NCBI GenBank assembly: GCA_011109175.1
Contig: RDEW01000013.1
Location: 1,339,773-1,403,772, forward strand
From: Dicyema japonicum
Taxonomy: Eukaryota; Animalia; Dicyemida
Direction of reading: 5' to 3'
DNA: 64,000 bases
Positions within the stretch are counted from its first letter, which is position 1. Every line of letters begins with the position of its first letter. The notes beneath the pieces were generated by a model. That model was not told the origin of the DNA. It did no database searches and saw only the letters and a list, made by a program, of their open reading frames with translations. A program made the translations under genes and the position numbers. Of this stretch, positions 50,885-62,256 are shown one piece after another.

Positions 50885-52044
50885 TTAAACAGAACCAATT
50901 AAGTTAGTATAATAATCTAAAATATTTGTAGTTAATGGACGATAAGGTCTTCTGTGATATTTTAATATTAAAAAGATTCCAGCAATACCTATAATTCCGA
51001 CAATTACAAAAACTGCAATGTATTCTAAATTTAAATATTTTAGGTACTTTTTAGACCACTGTTTGCTAAACTATATGTTTTGGCTATCGTAGAGAAAAAA
51101 CCTGTTGAGTTTAAATCGTTATCTGCATTAATTATTTATCTACTTTTTCGAATATTTGTAATGATAGTTGTTGCAATAGTTTTTGCATTCGTAGTCGAAA
51201 AAACAGTTGTGTTTAATTCGCTATCTAATTTAAGTGTATTAACTACCTTTTTGACTGCTTTGACTGCTAGTTGTGGAAATAAATGTTTTTGGATTCGTGG
51301 TCGAAATACTTGTCGACTTTATTTCGTCTTCTAAATTTAAGATGTTATGTACCTTTTGGACTACTTTGAATACTAGTTGTAGCAGTATATGTATCCTGGT
51401 TCGTGATGACTAAAGTTGTTGATTGGAAATCATTTTTTTTTGTTTATCAAATTCACATTCTAATGCTAACAATGATTAGATGTTAATAACCATTTCCAGT
51501 AAAACTTGTACTATTATCTGTTTTCAATAATTGGGCTTTCGTCTCAGTTAAAGTGAGATTCACATTTTCTGATATTATTATAACCTGTTTAGAGCAGCTA
51601 TAATATGCATTTTTCGGAATTTTATAAAAATCATTAAACCCCACATTATTTATATTATTGCTAGAAGATAGATATATATCTAAATCTACGGTAAACAAAT
51701 TGGTTGATCTTATTATGGTTGTCATTTGCAATTTTACGTCGTTCTTTTTCCAAGAAAGCATAATATTATCATGTTCTAATTTTGTGAACTCAAAATGACC
51801 ATTGTCTAAATTTTCATACATAATCTTTTCTTAAAAAATATAATTACAGTTTCATTAATTTTGTATGCCACGACAATGTTTCCACTAAATAATGCTATAA
51901 CCCGATAGTCCTCAATTACAATCCACTTTGGCACTCTGTTATCCATTATTACTGAGGTTTTTATTTCACTCATTGATTTATTCATTACTAGACACGAATA
52001 CACTAAAATATTAGATTATTTTTGAAACTTACAAGTTTTAACAT
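50885..52044 (-). CDS. LAMP-domain-like membrane glycoprotein, paralog D (four stalk modules)
   Basis: MLKLV|MYSCLVMNK..; close duplicate of C. Stalk exons at 51247-51330, 51144-51224 and 51048-51122. TM segment IAVFVIVGIIGIAGIFLIL then KYHRRPYRPL. One homopolymer indel near 51435. Confidence 0.8.
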
Positions 52045-52849
52045 TCTTACAGTCACTGTTCTAAATATTGTTATATTAATTCAATTTTATTAATTTTATA
52101 TTTAATAACTATATATTATTAAAAATAGAAAATTTATAAACTTAAAAAATTTTGGATTTTCATAATTTAAAAATTAGTGGTATTGGATGCCATGCTATAA
52201 TAGAATTACCCATTTGACCACATCTATTTGAGTATATGAGTATTATTAAAGATTGGTGTAGCATGAGCAGATTCAAACTCTCTTAGAAAAGTTTATCGGG
52301 GTACGAATTAGTCGTGTCAGGAAACAATTAAAGCAAGAATACATATTTCATTATAAATTTGCATTCATTACACTATTTAGAAGTAGAAATATATTTTTGT
52401 GGAATATATATGTAAGATATCAGAGTAAGAAAGAATGAAGCTCTCCAAGACCTTCAATTTATTCGAAAGCTACGCATCAATTAGGAAACATTTCTATTTA
52501 TCTTTCATGAGATTATTCTTCCACTTTTAATTTATAGATGTAAAAATTGTTTTTCTTGACAAAATATTTCTACTCAAAAAAACAAGGAGAGCGGCAATCA
52601 AATTTGCATTAAAAAGATTGCAAGATTAGCTATAAGAAGATAAACTTCTAGAGTTAATCAAGTGACTGGTCGAAGGGAGGATAAGTGGTTTTACGATAAG
52701 AATCAAAATCCAGAACAAGTACATATCGATGAGACCTAACTAAGGAGAAGAGGGAAACCTGAGAAGTGTTCAAGACTCGTGGCAGGACTATAAATACATA
52801 GCCCTCCGACTATCTTCTAACTTATGTTCATTAATAAACCTGTTTTTTT

Positions 52850-53990
52850 CAACAAATTAAAATACAGGTTAATTACTCAAACCGCATTTGAAATTCAAAT
52901 TTTCTGACTATGTGGTAGTCCGCAATGACTTGGACAGGAGTTCTGGCGGGGGACTTACAACGATTGTTAGAATTGGATTCACGGATGTTTGTCACTTTTC
53001 TGTGCGAGAGTGACAGAACATCTCTTTTGAGTTCTTACTCTCCCATGTAGTACGGCCTACTCACATGAATGTCTACATTCTACCCAGTGGGTCGTGTCTC
53101 CCTTCATACAATCCCAACATATTGAGTGTACAAGAATTAAAGAACATCATCTGTGGTGATCTGAACAGAAAGGACTATGGTTCAGCAGTCAAAAATAATC
53201 TATCCTCAACTCTCAGGGTGATCTTAACATCCTCAACAACCCAGATTCGCATAAAATGACCCCTCAGAGAACTACTCGTGAACCTAGTTTTTCAAGTGAC
53301 CATAACCTCATTATTATACGACTCAAATGTAAAAGTTGTGGCACCGTCAAACGATGAAATTAAACAATTTGGCGAACGTGAACTGGGCGGACTTAACTAT
53401 GTATGTGGATTCTCAACTTTTTTGAAACAGATAACGGATATTCTCAACTTGATTCCAAATTATGTTCACACACTACTCTCATAAGGAAAAGGAATATTCT
53501 CAGTCAGCTCCCTACCAATAAAGAATACAGTAAAAATCGCTAACTACCTTATCAATGTATATAAGTTACAAAAACCACTCAAAGTCATGTAAAATTAATA
53601 CTCGCCCTTACAGACGATTGCAAATTCCCAATATTACTTTTTTCACTATCAAACAAGTACAGATGACAATATGTTCTTTACGGAATTTGCGTGCCTGTTA
53701 CCGATGGAGTGTATGCAAGTCACATGAAGTAATTGGGGATTCAGGAGATGTTGATTTTTACAATTACTTTGTGAACATCCACATCGTCCAAAACATGGGA
53801 AAATTCGATTATTACACCAATTTTAAAATCTGTAAAATCCAAAAACGATCAATTGTCATACCGGCCGATTTCTTTGACATGCAGTCCCAAGGGTGTTAGG
53901 AAAGTTAGTCCTTGTAATGATTAAATCCGATCTTCAGGCGTCATATTTCCAACATGCATGCAAAGCTATCTGCTGTCCGGGGCGAGTGCA
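52850..53990 (+). mobile_element. Highly degenerate LINE (APE/RT) remnant
   Basis: VVRND..GGGL, NVYI.P, ICGDLN and YRPISLTC motifs. Confidence 0.6.
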
Positions 53991-54108
53991 TGATATTTCC
54001 TTATAACTTTAAAAATCGTGATTAAATAAATTATGTTGTCATACATAACAAAGAATAAATGAAAGATCAACTAAGAGTGAGAAGTATAATTATTTAATTT
54101 ATTGACAA

Positions 54109-54930
54109 TGCCACGTGGCGCTATGTGGATACTTGAATTTAAGATTTTTTGTCTGTTTCTTCTGTTCCTTCTTTTACCTTTTGGCTCTAGGGAGCTTTAA
54201 TGTTAGCGTGCGTCATGTGGTTCACCATCTCTGGTTGGGCTAAGAAGTCACTTACCTCCATGTCCAATCGCTCCTTTGCTCATGGAAGACCTCAAGTATG
54301 TTTTTATTTGTTTTAACTTTAAAAAGAACGTTCACAACTGTGAGTATCAAAGAATTCAATGCGTAAAGTTGGAAAAACATCTCAACAAAACTTAATAAAG
54401 TAAGAAAATCCTACGCATTTTTTTGAAAAGTTCTGTTTCCACTTCGGAAAAATTTAGGACAGCCCCGATTTCTTTGTAGAGAGAATATGAGTTCACGTCA
54501 GTCTCAATTCCTTGTTTTCAATATCAATTGAATCAAACAAAATTTAAAATTGTTAGCGAGCCTGGCAACTGTAAAATCCTTGGCGTCACCTATGATAATT
54601 TTTACAAGGACATCCTGGAGAAATAACACCAGAAGTTGAATGTCCCAAGACAATTGTTGTGAAGAGATTACTTAAATTATACAGTCAAGTCATTGTTCCC
54701 CTAAAAAATATGAATGAGACTCATGGAAGATTCACTCTTACGTCGTCTTCTGACAAAATTATACCTTACACGAGCAGACCGCCTTTTACATAGTCAAACA
54801 GATCCTACCATCGTCATCTCGACACGCTCCAAAAGCGACTTCAGCTTGGCACTATGATCCTCCTCGAGCCCACAAGTACGCATCAGCCGTATAATTGGTC
54901 TCTCCTCGTAGCAACAGCATTCATTAAAAA
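54109..54930 (+). mobile_element. Degenerate internally deleted LINE whose 5' end matches family A
   Basis: gccacgtggcgctatgtgg..gcgtcatgtggttcacc resembles the family A start; KILGVTYDN RT motif near 54575. Confidence 0.55.
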
Positions 54931-55494
54931 TTTCGGATTAATTAATTTTTTTTTATTATATATTTAAATTAATTTACATTTTAAATTTGAAATTTAACAC
55001 TATCACATGGTTAGAAAGACAACCGAAATTTTTATTGCACAGAAAAGAAATATTTGTGAAACAAAAATACATCAAAAAAGACTCTCAAATAATTATTACA
55101 TATCCGGGAAATAAAAATGGGCTTTTATTTGAGAATTTCAACACTTTCAGAAATTCTTAAAAATCGTGAAAATGGGAAAACTGTGAAACTATGATTAACA
55201 AGTCAAGAGAGCCTGATGGTAAATGTCGCATGCAACTACGGTTACAGTGTTAAATAAGAACTGTGAGGACCACTGTATTAACTATTTATTTTTTATTAAT
55301 AATAAAGATAATGAAAATCACTGACCCTGATAATCGGATCACGAAGAGGAAAACTGATAGGAGAGAAAGGAGTTGCTATGTTGAGCGTATTTCCTTGCAA
55401 ATCGTCAGGGTAAATGCATTCGATTATAGAACAGCCAGTAATTGCTAAATGTTATTTTTTTGTCTTTAATTGGCTTCGTAAACTGAAAAAAAAA

Positions 55495-56210
55495 AAACGA
55501 GATAAAGTACTGTAACGCTTATTTTAGTTTAATCGTAATAGCATGTGACGGTAAACATAATCAACTTGACACTTATTGAATGGATTTCAAGGATGGATGC
55601 AATCAATTAATAAGTTAAAATAAGTTGACCCTGACGTATTGCTAAAAATGGATGAAAACTGATTGATAATGCTCCAAGCCACGTTTTAACGAAATTTTCT
55701 CAAAACACTGAAAAACACAACTCTTCATCTTCAACCAAAGGATGCAGAACTTTAAGCATTATTATAGAAAAATGCCTATTTTGGATTATATGCCTTTTAT
55801 TTGGAAAAAGAATGTTTTGTGAATTTAATGAAGGGCATCATTATGGCATCTCACACATGGATTGAAATAAAAAAAGAAACAATAAAAGTTGTTTCAAAAA
55901 GACAGGGACAATAAAATGTCTCTATTTATTCGTTAATGAAGATACCCTGTAAGATCATGTTTTGAATGTGTACCAAAAAGAACTGGAAGAACTTTCTAAT
56001 GTGAAGAAATAACTCACAGAAACGCTCGACTAGAACAAAATCGTTACGCGGCAAGGAACTTATTGATGGTGAAAATGGAGAAATTTTGCCAATACAACTA
56101 TTAAATGCAATTAACATTATTAAAGAAAGTACAAAATTCAATGAATTTTCAGAAATGATAGTATCTGGAACATTGAAAAATTTAAATACAATAGAGTTAT
56201 AATTGTTAAT
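55495..56210 (+). mobile_element. pogo/Tigger DDE transposase remnant
   Basis: IDNAPSH, NTTLHLQPKDA and NFKHYYRK motifs. Confidence 0.7.
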
Positions 56211-56504
56211 TTAAAGGAATAAGAGACGGTCTACGATTTACTTTAGTAAAACATAATTTTTAATTTATTATGCTACGTTTTTTATTCTAATATATTAAAA
56301 CATAAATATTAATTACAATAAAATTAGCATATTTATTTCCTTCACAATCCGAAAGGCACCAATTTTTTTGTTCGGATTAATGAGGGTTTTACTCTATTTG
56401 TTTCCATTAATAAATTCTGTGTAAACCAAATGTCGCTTTAATAATTAATGATCCCATTTATTTTACTTTTTTAAGTAAAAGAGAATTTATTTTTTTATTA
56501 TAAA

Positions 56505-56810
56505 TAACTAGGACGACAGATGGCGATTACCTCTGATAATCGCCATTTCGAGCCTCTGCTACAACCAGAGCCTCTCCCGTGGCTCACACCTTTTTGAGGC
56601 GAGTTTGCTTCCAATGCTGGAGAGAAAGCGTCCGTCTTCGCTCCCACGGTTCCAGTTGTCTCCACAGTAATGGGGTGAAATGGTATTGGTCTCTGAGGGA
56701 TTCGTATTTACGCTTCCGCCTGGTCGGCTGCGTCTCCAGGAGAGTGCGTCGCCGTCAGCGGTCTGGCCCCTGAGAATATGTCCACACACGTTGTGTCCCA
56801 GACCCATTTA
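56505..56810 (-). mobile_element. 3' end of CRE-like element
   Basis: FLSSIGSKLASKRCEPRERLWL..AIIRGN. Confidence 0.7.
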
Positions 56811-56971
56811 TTATTCAAAGATTTAATTAGTAGTCCATCACAATAATCCTTCGAACATTCATTATGTAACAAAATGATAAAAATGTTTTTTATCTAAATG
56901 ATTAAATAAATTATGCCTAGTAAAGGAAGTATAGTCCTTTGTTTCTTGGTTTGTTATTTCCTTTCCATTTA

Positions 56972-57207
56972 ATTTATTAACCCAGGTACACCGAGATAAA
57001 ATTAACAGTTAACAACTAGTTAAGTGTATCCAGTTTCCACTGTTACAGAAACAAAGTCTTCAACGTTAAGTCCTACAGAACCAACATAAAAGGTAAAAGA
57101 CGTTCATTCCTTGCCGTTGTGGAAACCCATCCAATGGAGTGGGGGAGAGCAGATGATCCTTTTTAATGCCAGTCTGGCACGGGCACCACCTGAGACATGT
57201 GGATCAC
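56972..57207 (-). mobile_element. Family A element, copy 3 (5'-truncated)
   Basis: Colinear with 38771-38975. Confidence 0.8.
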
Positions 57208-57314
57208 AAAACCACATGGATTTTCTTGAGACATACATGTATTTCCATAATAAATACATTTACAATCAACTATTGCAAAAATATCTAATTTTTTGATTCA
57301 ATTTTTAATTTGAC

Positions 57315-57975
57315 TGTATTCGGATTGGGATCGCACAACGCCTGGGAGTTGATGTTTGTGTCGAACACCACTGTCGTTGTGGAGGGATCGTCGATGCCAA
57401 AGGGCTGCATCCACTCTCGTGCAAACGGAGTGCGGGCAGAGCACCCCACCATGCTGCTATGACAACATTGTCATGTGTGCTCTTGAAGATGCAGGCTTCC
57501 CGGCAGTACTGGACCCCGTAGGATTTGATTGCGGAGACGGAAAAGACTGGATATGTTAACTATCTTTCCGTTTACTGAGGGAAAATCGCTCGTATCATTT
57601 CTGCGTTTTCTCTTTGTTGTATCTTTTCAAAACAATCCCCACTGCTTGTAATGAGCACTCTTGAGGATTCTTTCTCGAACTCGATGATACTCAGCTCGGC
57701 GCAGTCTGCTGGATCGGCAGTCGATCTGGCCGAGAAAATCAAGATTAAAAAATATGGCGAAATTGGAGACCGCTACCGTTTTGTACCGGTGCCAATCGAG
57801 ACGTCTAGTGCGGCGGAAGTATTATAGTCTCTTTCCTGAAGGAAATCGGGGGAAAATTAGCCCACCGTAAAAAATACGTGCGGGAAGCGGTCTCTGAGGC
57901 AACGAATTGGGATCGCAGTTGTTTGCGGAAACGCTTACTCCGTAATGTCAGCAGCCGCTTTCCCCCATAGTTAAT
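57315..57975 (+). mobile_element. 3' part of CRE-like element with a foreign 57-bp insert
   Basis: RIGIAQRLGVDVCVEHHCRCG..HPLSC; KKYGEIGDRYRFVPVPIET; AVVCGNA. Confidence 0.8.
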
Positions 57976-58214
57976 AAATAATATTTTATTGTTAAATATA
58001 ACATTTATTTTTAATATTAACTTCTAAAATATATGATCTTAGGTTGTTAGAAAAAATAAACAATTCAGTTTAATAATTAAATTTATAATTTTATAATAAA
58101 ATTAACTAACGATTATTATAATTAGTAATAGTTAGAGAATCTTATCAAGACCCTAATTATTGGACCGTTAATTATAGTTTACGTTTACTGCCAAGAAAAG
58201 AATAAATCCAAAAA

Positions 58215-58889
58215 ATTAGCTCTATCTCCCTTATTTTTGGTGGTCCATTATCATTTGAGGTCACATTTGGCTCCTTATTTTTGGTGGTTCCGTTGTCATC
58301 AGTGGCCTTTATCATCATTATTAGAAGCTAAACTTAAAAAGATTAATTACCTGGAATTTCTTCTAAACATCCCTAAAACCATTTCAGGAAATGTGAATAC
58401 TCAATTGTGAATTTTGACACATGTCTTAAATCATGAATAATTATACTCATGGTCATGAATATAATGATTCATTAAACAATTTTTATTGCAATCGCTTTCA
58501 GTCGCTTGGACGTACCAACCCCAAGCACATGGAATAACTAATGAGATAATTTCTGCGTTTTCTCTTTGTTATGTCTTTTCAAAACAATCCCCACTGCTTG
58601 TAATGTGTCAAACTGATCCCACCAATGAGACACCCACTGGTAATCCACCTTCTTGAGTTTTGACAATGACACCTCTGAGATTTTGTTTAAATAAATACTC
58701 AAAGAATAGAAATGCATCTGAATTATTGAACAAACTCTGATTCTTTGTATATACGGCAGCATTGCAAAGATCACTTAGTGTAGTGTCGTTGGTAAAATGT
58801 ATTTTTGTAAGTTTTAATTTTACTTTGATTGTGTCAAAATACTGAATTATGATCAAATATATACTTTTGTGAAAATTTAAAAATTTCAT
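58215..58889 (-). pseudogene. Reprolysin/ADAM-type (M12B) metalloprotease pseudogene
   Basis: GVSLVGSV(C)DTLQAVGIV..SH*LFHVLGVG(H)..C..NCLM. The HExxHxxGxxH motif has TAG in place of Glu (58538-58540); a Met-turn follows; frameshifts present. Confidence 0.6.
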
Positions 58890-60019
58890 TAAATTACTGT
58901 CTCATTTCTCCTCATTGTAGTTGAAACCTTGAGAGCGCGAAAGTTTAAAATTCATTGCTTTCGCTGATTTCACATATTTGCATGGACGACTGGCAAACGG
59001 TTACATTTTGTGACCTTAAAAGTGTCAAATCAATATATTTGATTATTAGAATTTTATTTCATAATTACATATGCATAACAGTAGGTTCTTTATATATTCG
59101 ATTGAGGAATTCTATGATCACGGCCATTTGTGTTTTCTTTGATTTTCTGATCGCTATATCCCTACTTTCCTCAGACTATATTTCGGCTTGTCCTCCAGGT
59201 CTCGGAAAAAATTGTAACAGCATCCATTCACTTTGATGGGTAACAGATACTAATCCTCTTCCAAGCTTGTCTCTGGCAGATGGAGTCTTTGTTTTCGGTT
59301 TATGGCTTTGAACATGTTACCCGAGTTCAATCTTATATTGGCCAGTTTCGATCTTCTTTTTAACTCCATCAAATATTAACTTCATCACGCCGTTTATCAA
59401 GACGTTGCTTTTTCTATCCTGTAGCACAGTGCATTGGCTGGTGGCATTTTTATTATTGGGCGTGGAATTCAAAATTTGGGCAATGGAATTTTTAAAGATA
59501 AAGTTCCCAACTAAGTGATCTCAGATCGACACAAAGGAGGTCTATCTACGTGGACGAGAATCCTGGATGGTTCTTTAGAAAGTATATGTGGTTATTTTTT
59601 ATCTAGGACGGTTTTTAAAGCATGTTTCATGGCTTCTAGAAAGGGATGTTAGGCAGAGTACCTGTCCTCATCATCTTCTGTTGTCGTCAGCTTCCTGGAT
59701 GACAGACAGTTTCAGGATAGAAGAGAGTAGATGATTGACACATTCAAAAGCAAAATTTTAAACTGCGACGCCGAATTAAAAAAGGAATTAATAGACCTAA
59801 AAAAGACATACAGTCAGACCCCGATTCGGAAAAAAACCTACACTGGTTTTGGAACAAACTCAAAAAACAAATCATAGAATTCTAGACCGATTCTTCAGCC
59901 ATTAGATAATGTAATTATAAAATCCTGGATAATTAATCACGAAGATCTATACTTTATCGGCTAAGATTATTTTGGAATTCCTTAACAAAATTAAATTATC
60001 ATAATTATAGAGAAATATA

Positions 60020-60920
60020 AACAAGGAAGAAATTTATGATGAAATTATTATCCAATTTAGTTATCAGATCCCGAAGAGCAGCTCCCAGATAAACAACAGA
60101 GAATTGTTGATAATTAGTCACCTGATGGAGCGCCAATATATGTTGAGTGTTTGCGAGTGTTCTGAGGACCCTGACTTTTAATTCCATGTTTGAAAGTAGA
60201 ACTCGTATGATCCTTAAACTGTCTTCGTCTAGTAACTTTTCTATTACTCACATGAATTTTCTCTAAAAGTCTCAATAAATCAATCACTAGATAGAAGTGT
60301 GCCTCCGTAGGATCGTGAGATCATTAATTACATTTAAGATTATGACAGAAGATTCTATAATCTATCTGATTGTAGATAGGAGCTGTCTTTCCATCCTGAT
60401 TTTTCCTTTGTCTCATCCATGTAGAAAAAAGTCTCGCTGGATGTTTTAATACCGTATTACACAGGAAAAGATCAAATGAAGGCGGAAATAAATCAGAGCA
60501 ACACCATTAAGGTTCTTCATTCCACTGCTATGAGCTCCAAGAAAGTTTCATTCTGAAGTGTTCCCATTTTTGAGTTCTAATCGCCTGCAAGGAAGGTGTG
60601 GGAAAAGCACGTATATCCCAATAACCACGACGAAATCCGAGATTTTTAATTTCTTGAGGGACGTTCTCAATTGCTATGCCCATTTTTTGGTGCCTAAATG
60701 TTAATAATCGTTAAGGCGTTTTCCCGTAGTATTGATATACCGTCACTGACACTCCAGCACTTTTGGATCGAGTTGGCAAATCTTTTGTGTACCGCAAAGA
60801 AAGACCTTTCCATAGTGTCGACACTCAGGTTTAATGAATATTAACCTGTATGTTCCCGCTACTTTTCCCGGATCTCTGTTTAAGCTTAGTCTCTTGGAAC
60901 AAGCGATAGACTCCATAACG
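60020..60920 (-). mobile_element. Internally deleted RTE-like LINE remnant
   Basis: CLFQETK, ECRHYG, YNQIDY, SRSYGG and VYLGAALRD motifs as in the intact copy. Confidence 0.75.
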
Positions 60921-61904
60921 GACGAGATACATAATAAACTGAGTTCTTCGAAGAGAAGAGGATATTCCTATAACATTGCGATTTCTCCATAAGCCAACTT
61001 GATAGCACATCTTGTAGATATATTTGATAATTTAACAAGCTAACTGATCTAGCTACTTCGACTCCATCAAAAGTGAGTCTCTTCACTTGGATGAAAACGC
61101 AAAAGCGACATCGCGATTGCTTTCTTCTTTCCTACATTGACGTAATCTTTGTGAGATCCATTTTCAGAAAATCCATGATCTTAATTTGACCCATACTAAC
61201 GTAATCATTAATTCTTTTCCTATTCTTCCCAATTCAATAAACCGGACATTTTCCACATTTTTTTAATTCGCTCAATATGTACCAAAATTCTTTTCAAAAA
61301 TAAAGATTGAAATTTTCTCGAGCTAGAACTAATATATTATATGAATAATAATCACTTTCGAATTAGAGTGTTCTACTTTAGGTACTTCACTCATCACTTA
61401 ACTCTCGTCATATTAATACTTGTCTACTCTAGTATATATAAGTTGTTCTCGCTAGTCATTTTTAAAGAATTATTCTTGTTTCTTATCTACGGATGTGAAT
61501 GGTGGTATTTTTCCCCAAGAGAGAGACATTAACAAACCTTCTTGATAAGAATAGGAAGATGGCGATCAAGAACTATAAAACTACTTCATAACGAAGACAG
61601 TCCAATTTATCGGAATATAATTGGAAAATGAATTTTAGATATTTTTGTGATCATATCAACGATGAAGTAGATAGCAGCAAGAAATTTAGAGTGTGAAGTC
61701 ATTAAGATACGGAAGTGGTTTATAATGCTGGTTAATAATGCTTCTTAATGTCATCCAAGAAAATCTTGAAATTTTCTTTAATTATACAGATTTAAAGAAA
61801 GTATCGTGAATTCACTACGAAAGAGAACAAAATCACATGAAAATGACAGATTTTTATCAAAAAATAAAGTATTTTTATTTTTAATAAATATTATAATAAT
61901 TTTA

Positions 61905-62256
61905 TATCGAGATGGGGCAGATGCTTGGTTGCAAGGTCCTCGTTATTCCTATAGTAATGACGTGGGAAGGAATTGCAACAAAGTACCACAAGGGTTATCT
62001 GAAGCAGTTGGGGGTAGATAGGAAGCTCCAGGCCTATCTACTGTCCACTGTGTTAAAACGGACCCTAGAGAGCCTGACACTGGAGTATAGGAGGCAGAGC
62101 CCTGAGATGCCATATGGGCAGAGGGTTCAATTGGACAAGGCGCTCTCGGAGTTGTTTCAGCAACCAAAATCGAACCTGCCTAAGGAGGCTGGCGAACAGG
62201 TAGGGGAGGAAGGTTGTTGATTAAATATATTAACATTTTTATTGTTTGTTAAATAA
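61905..62256 (+). mobile_element. 3' end of R4/NeSL-like RLE retrotransposon
   Basis: CKVLVIPIVMTWEGIATKYHKGYLKQLGV..AYL.STVLKRTLES; duplicate of 30984-31255. Confidence 0.8.
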
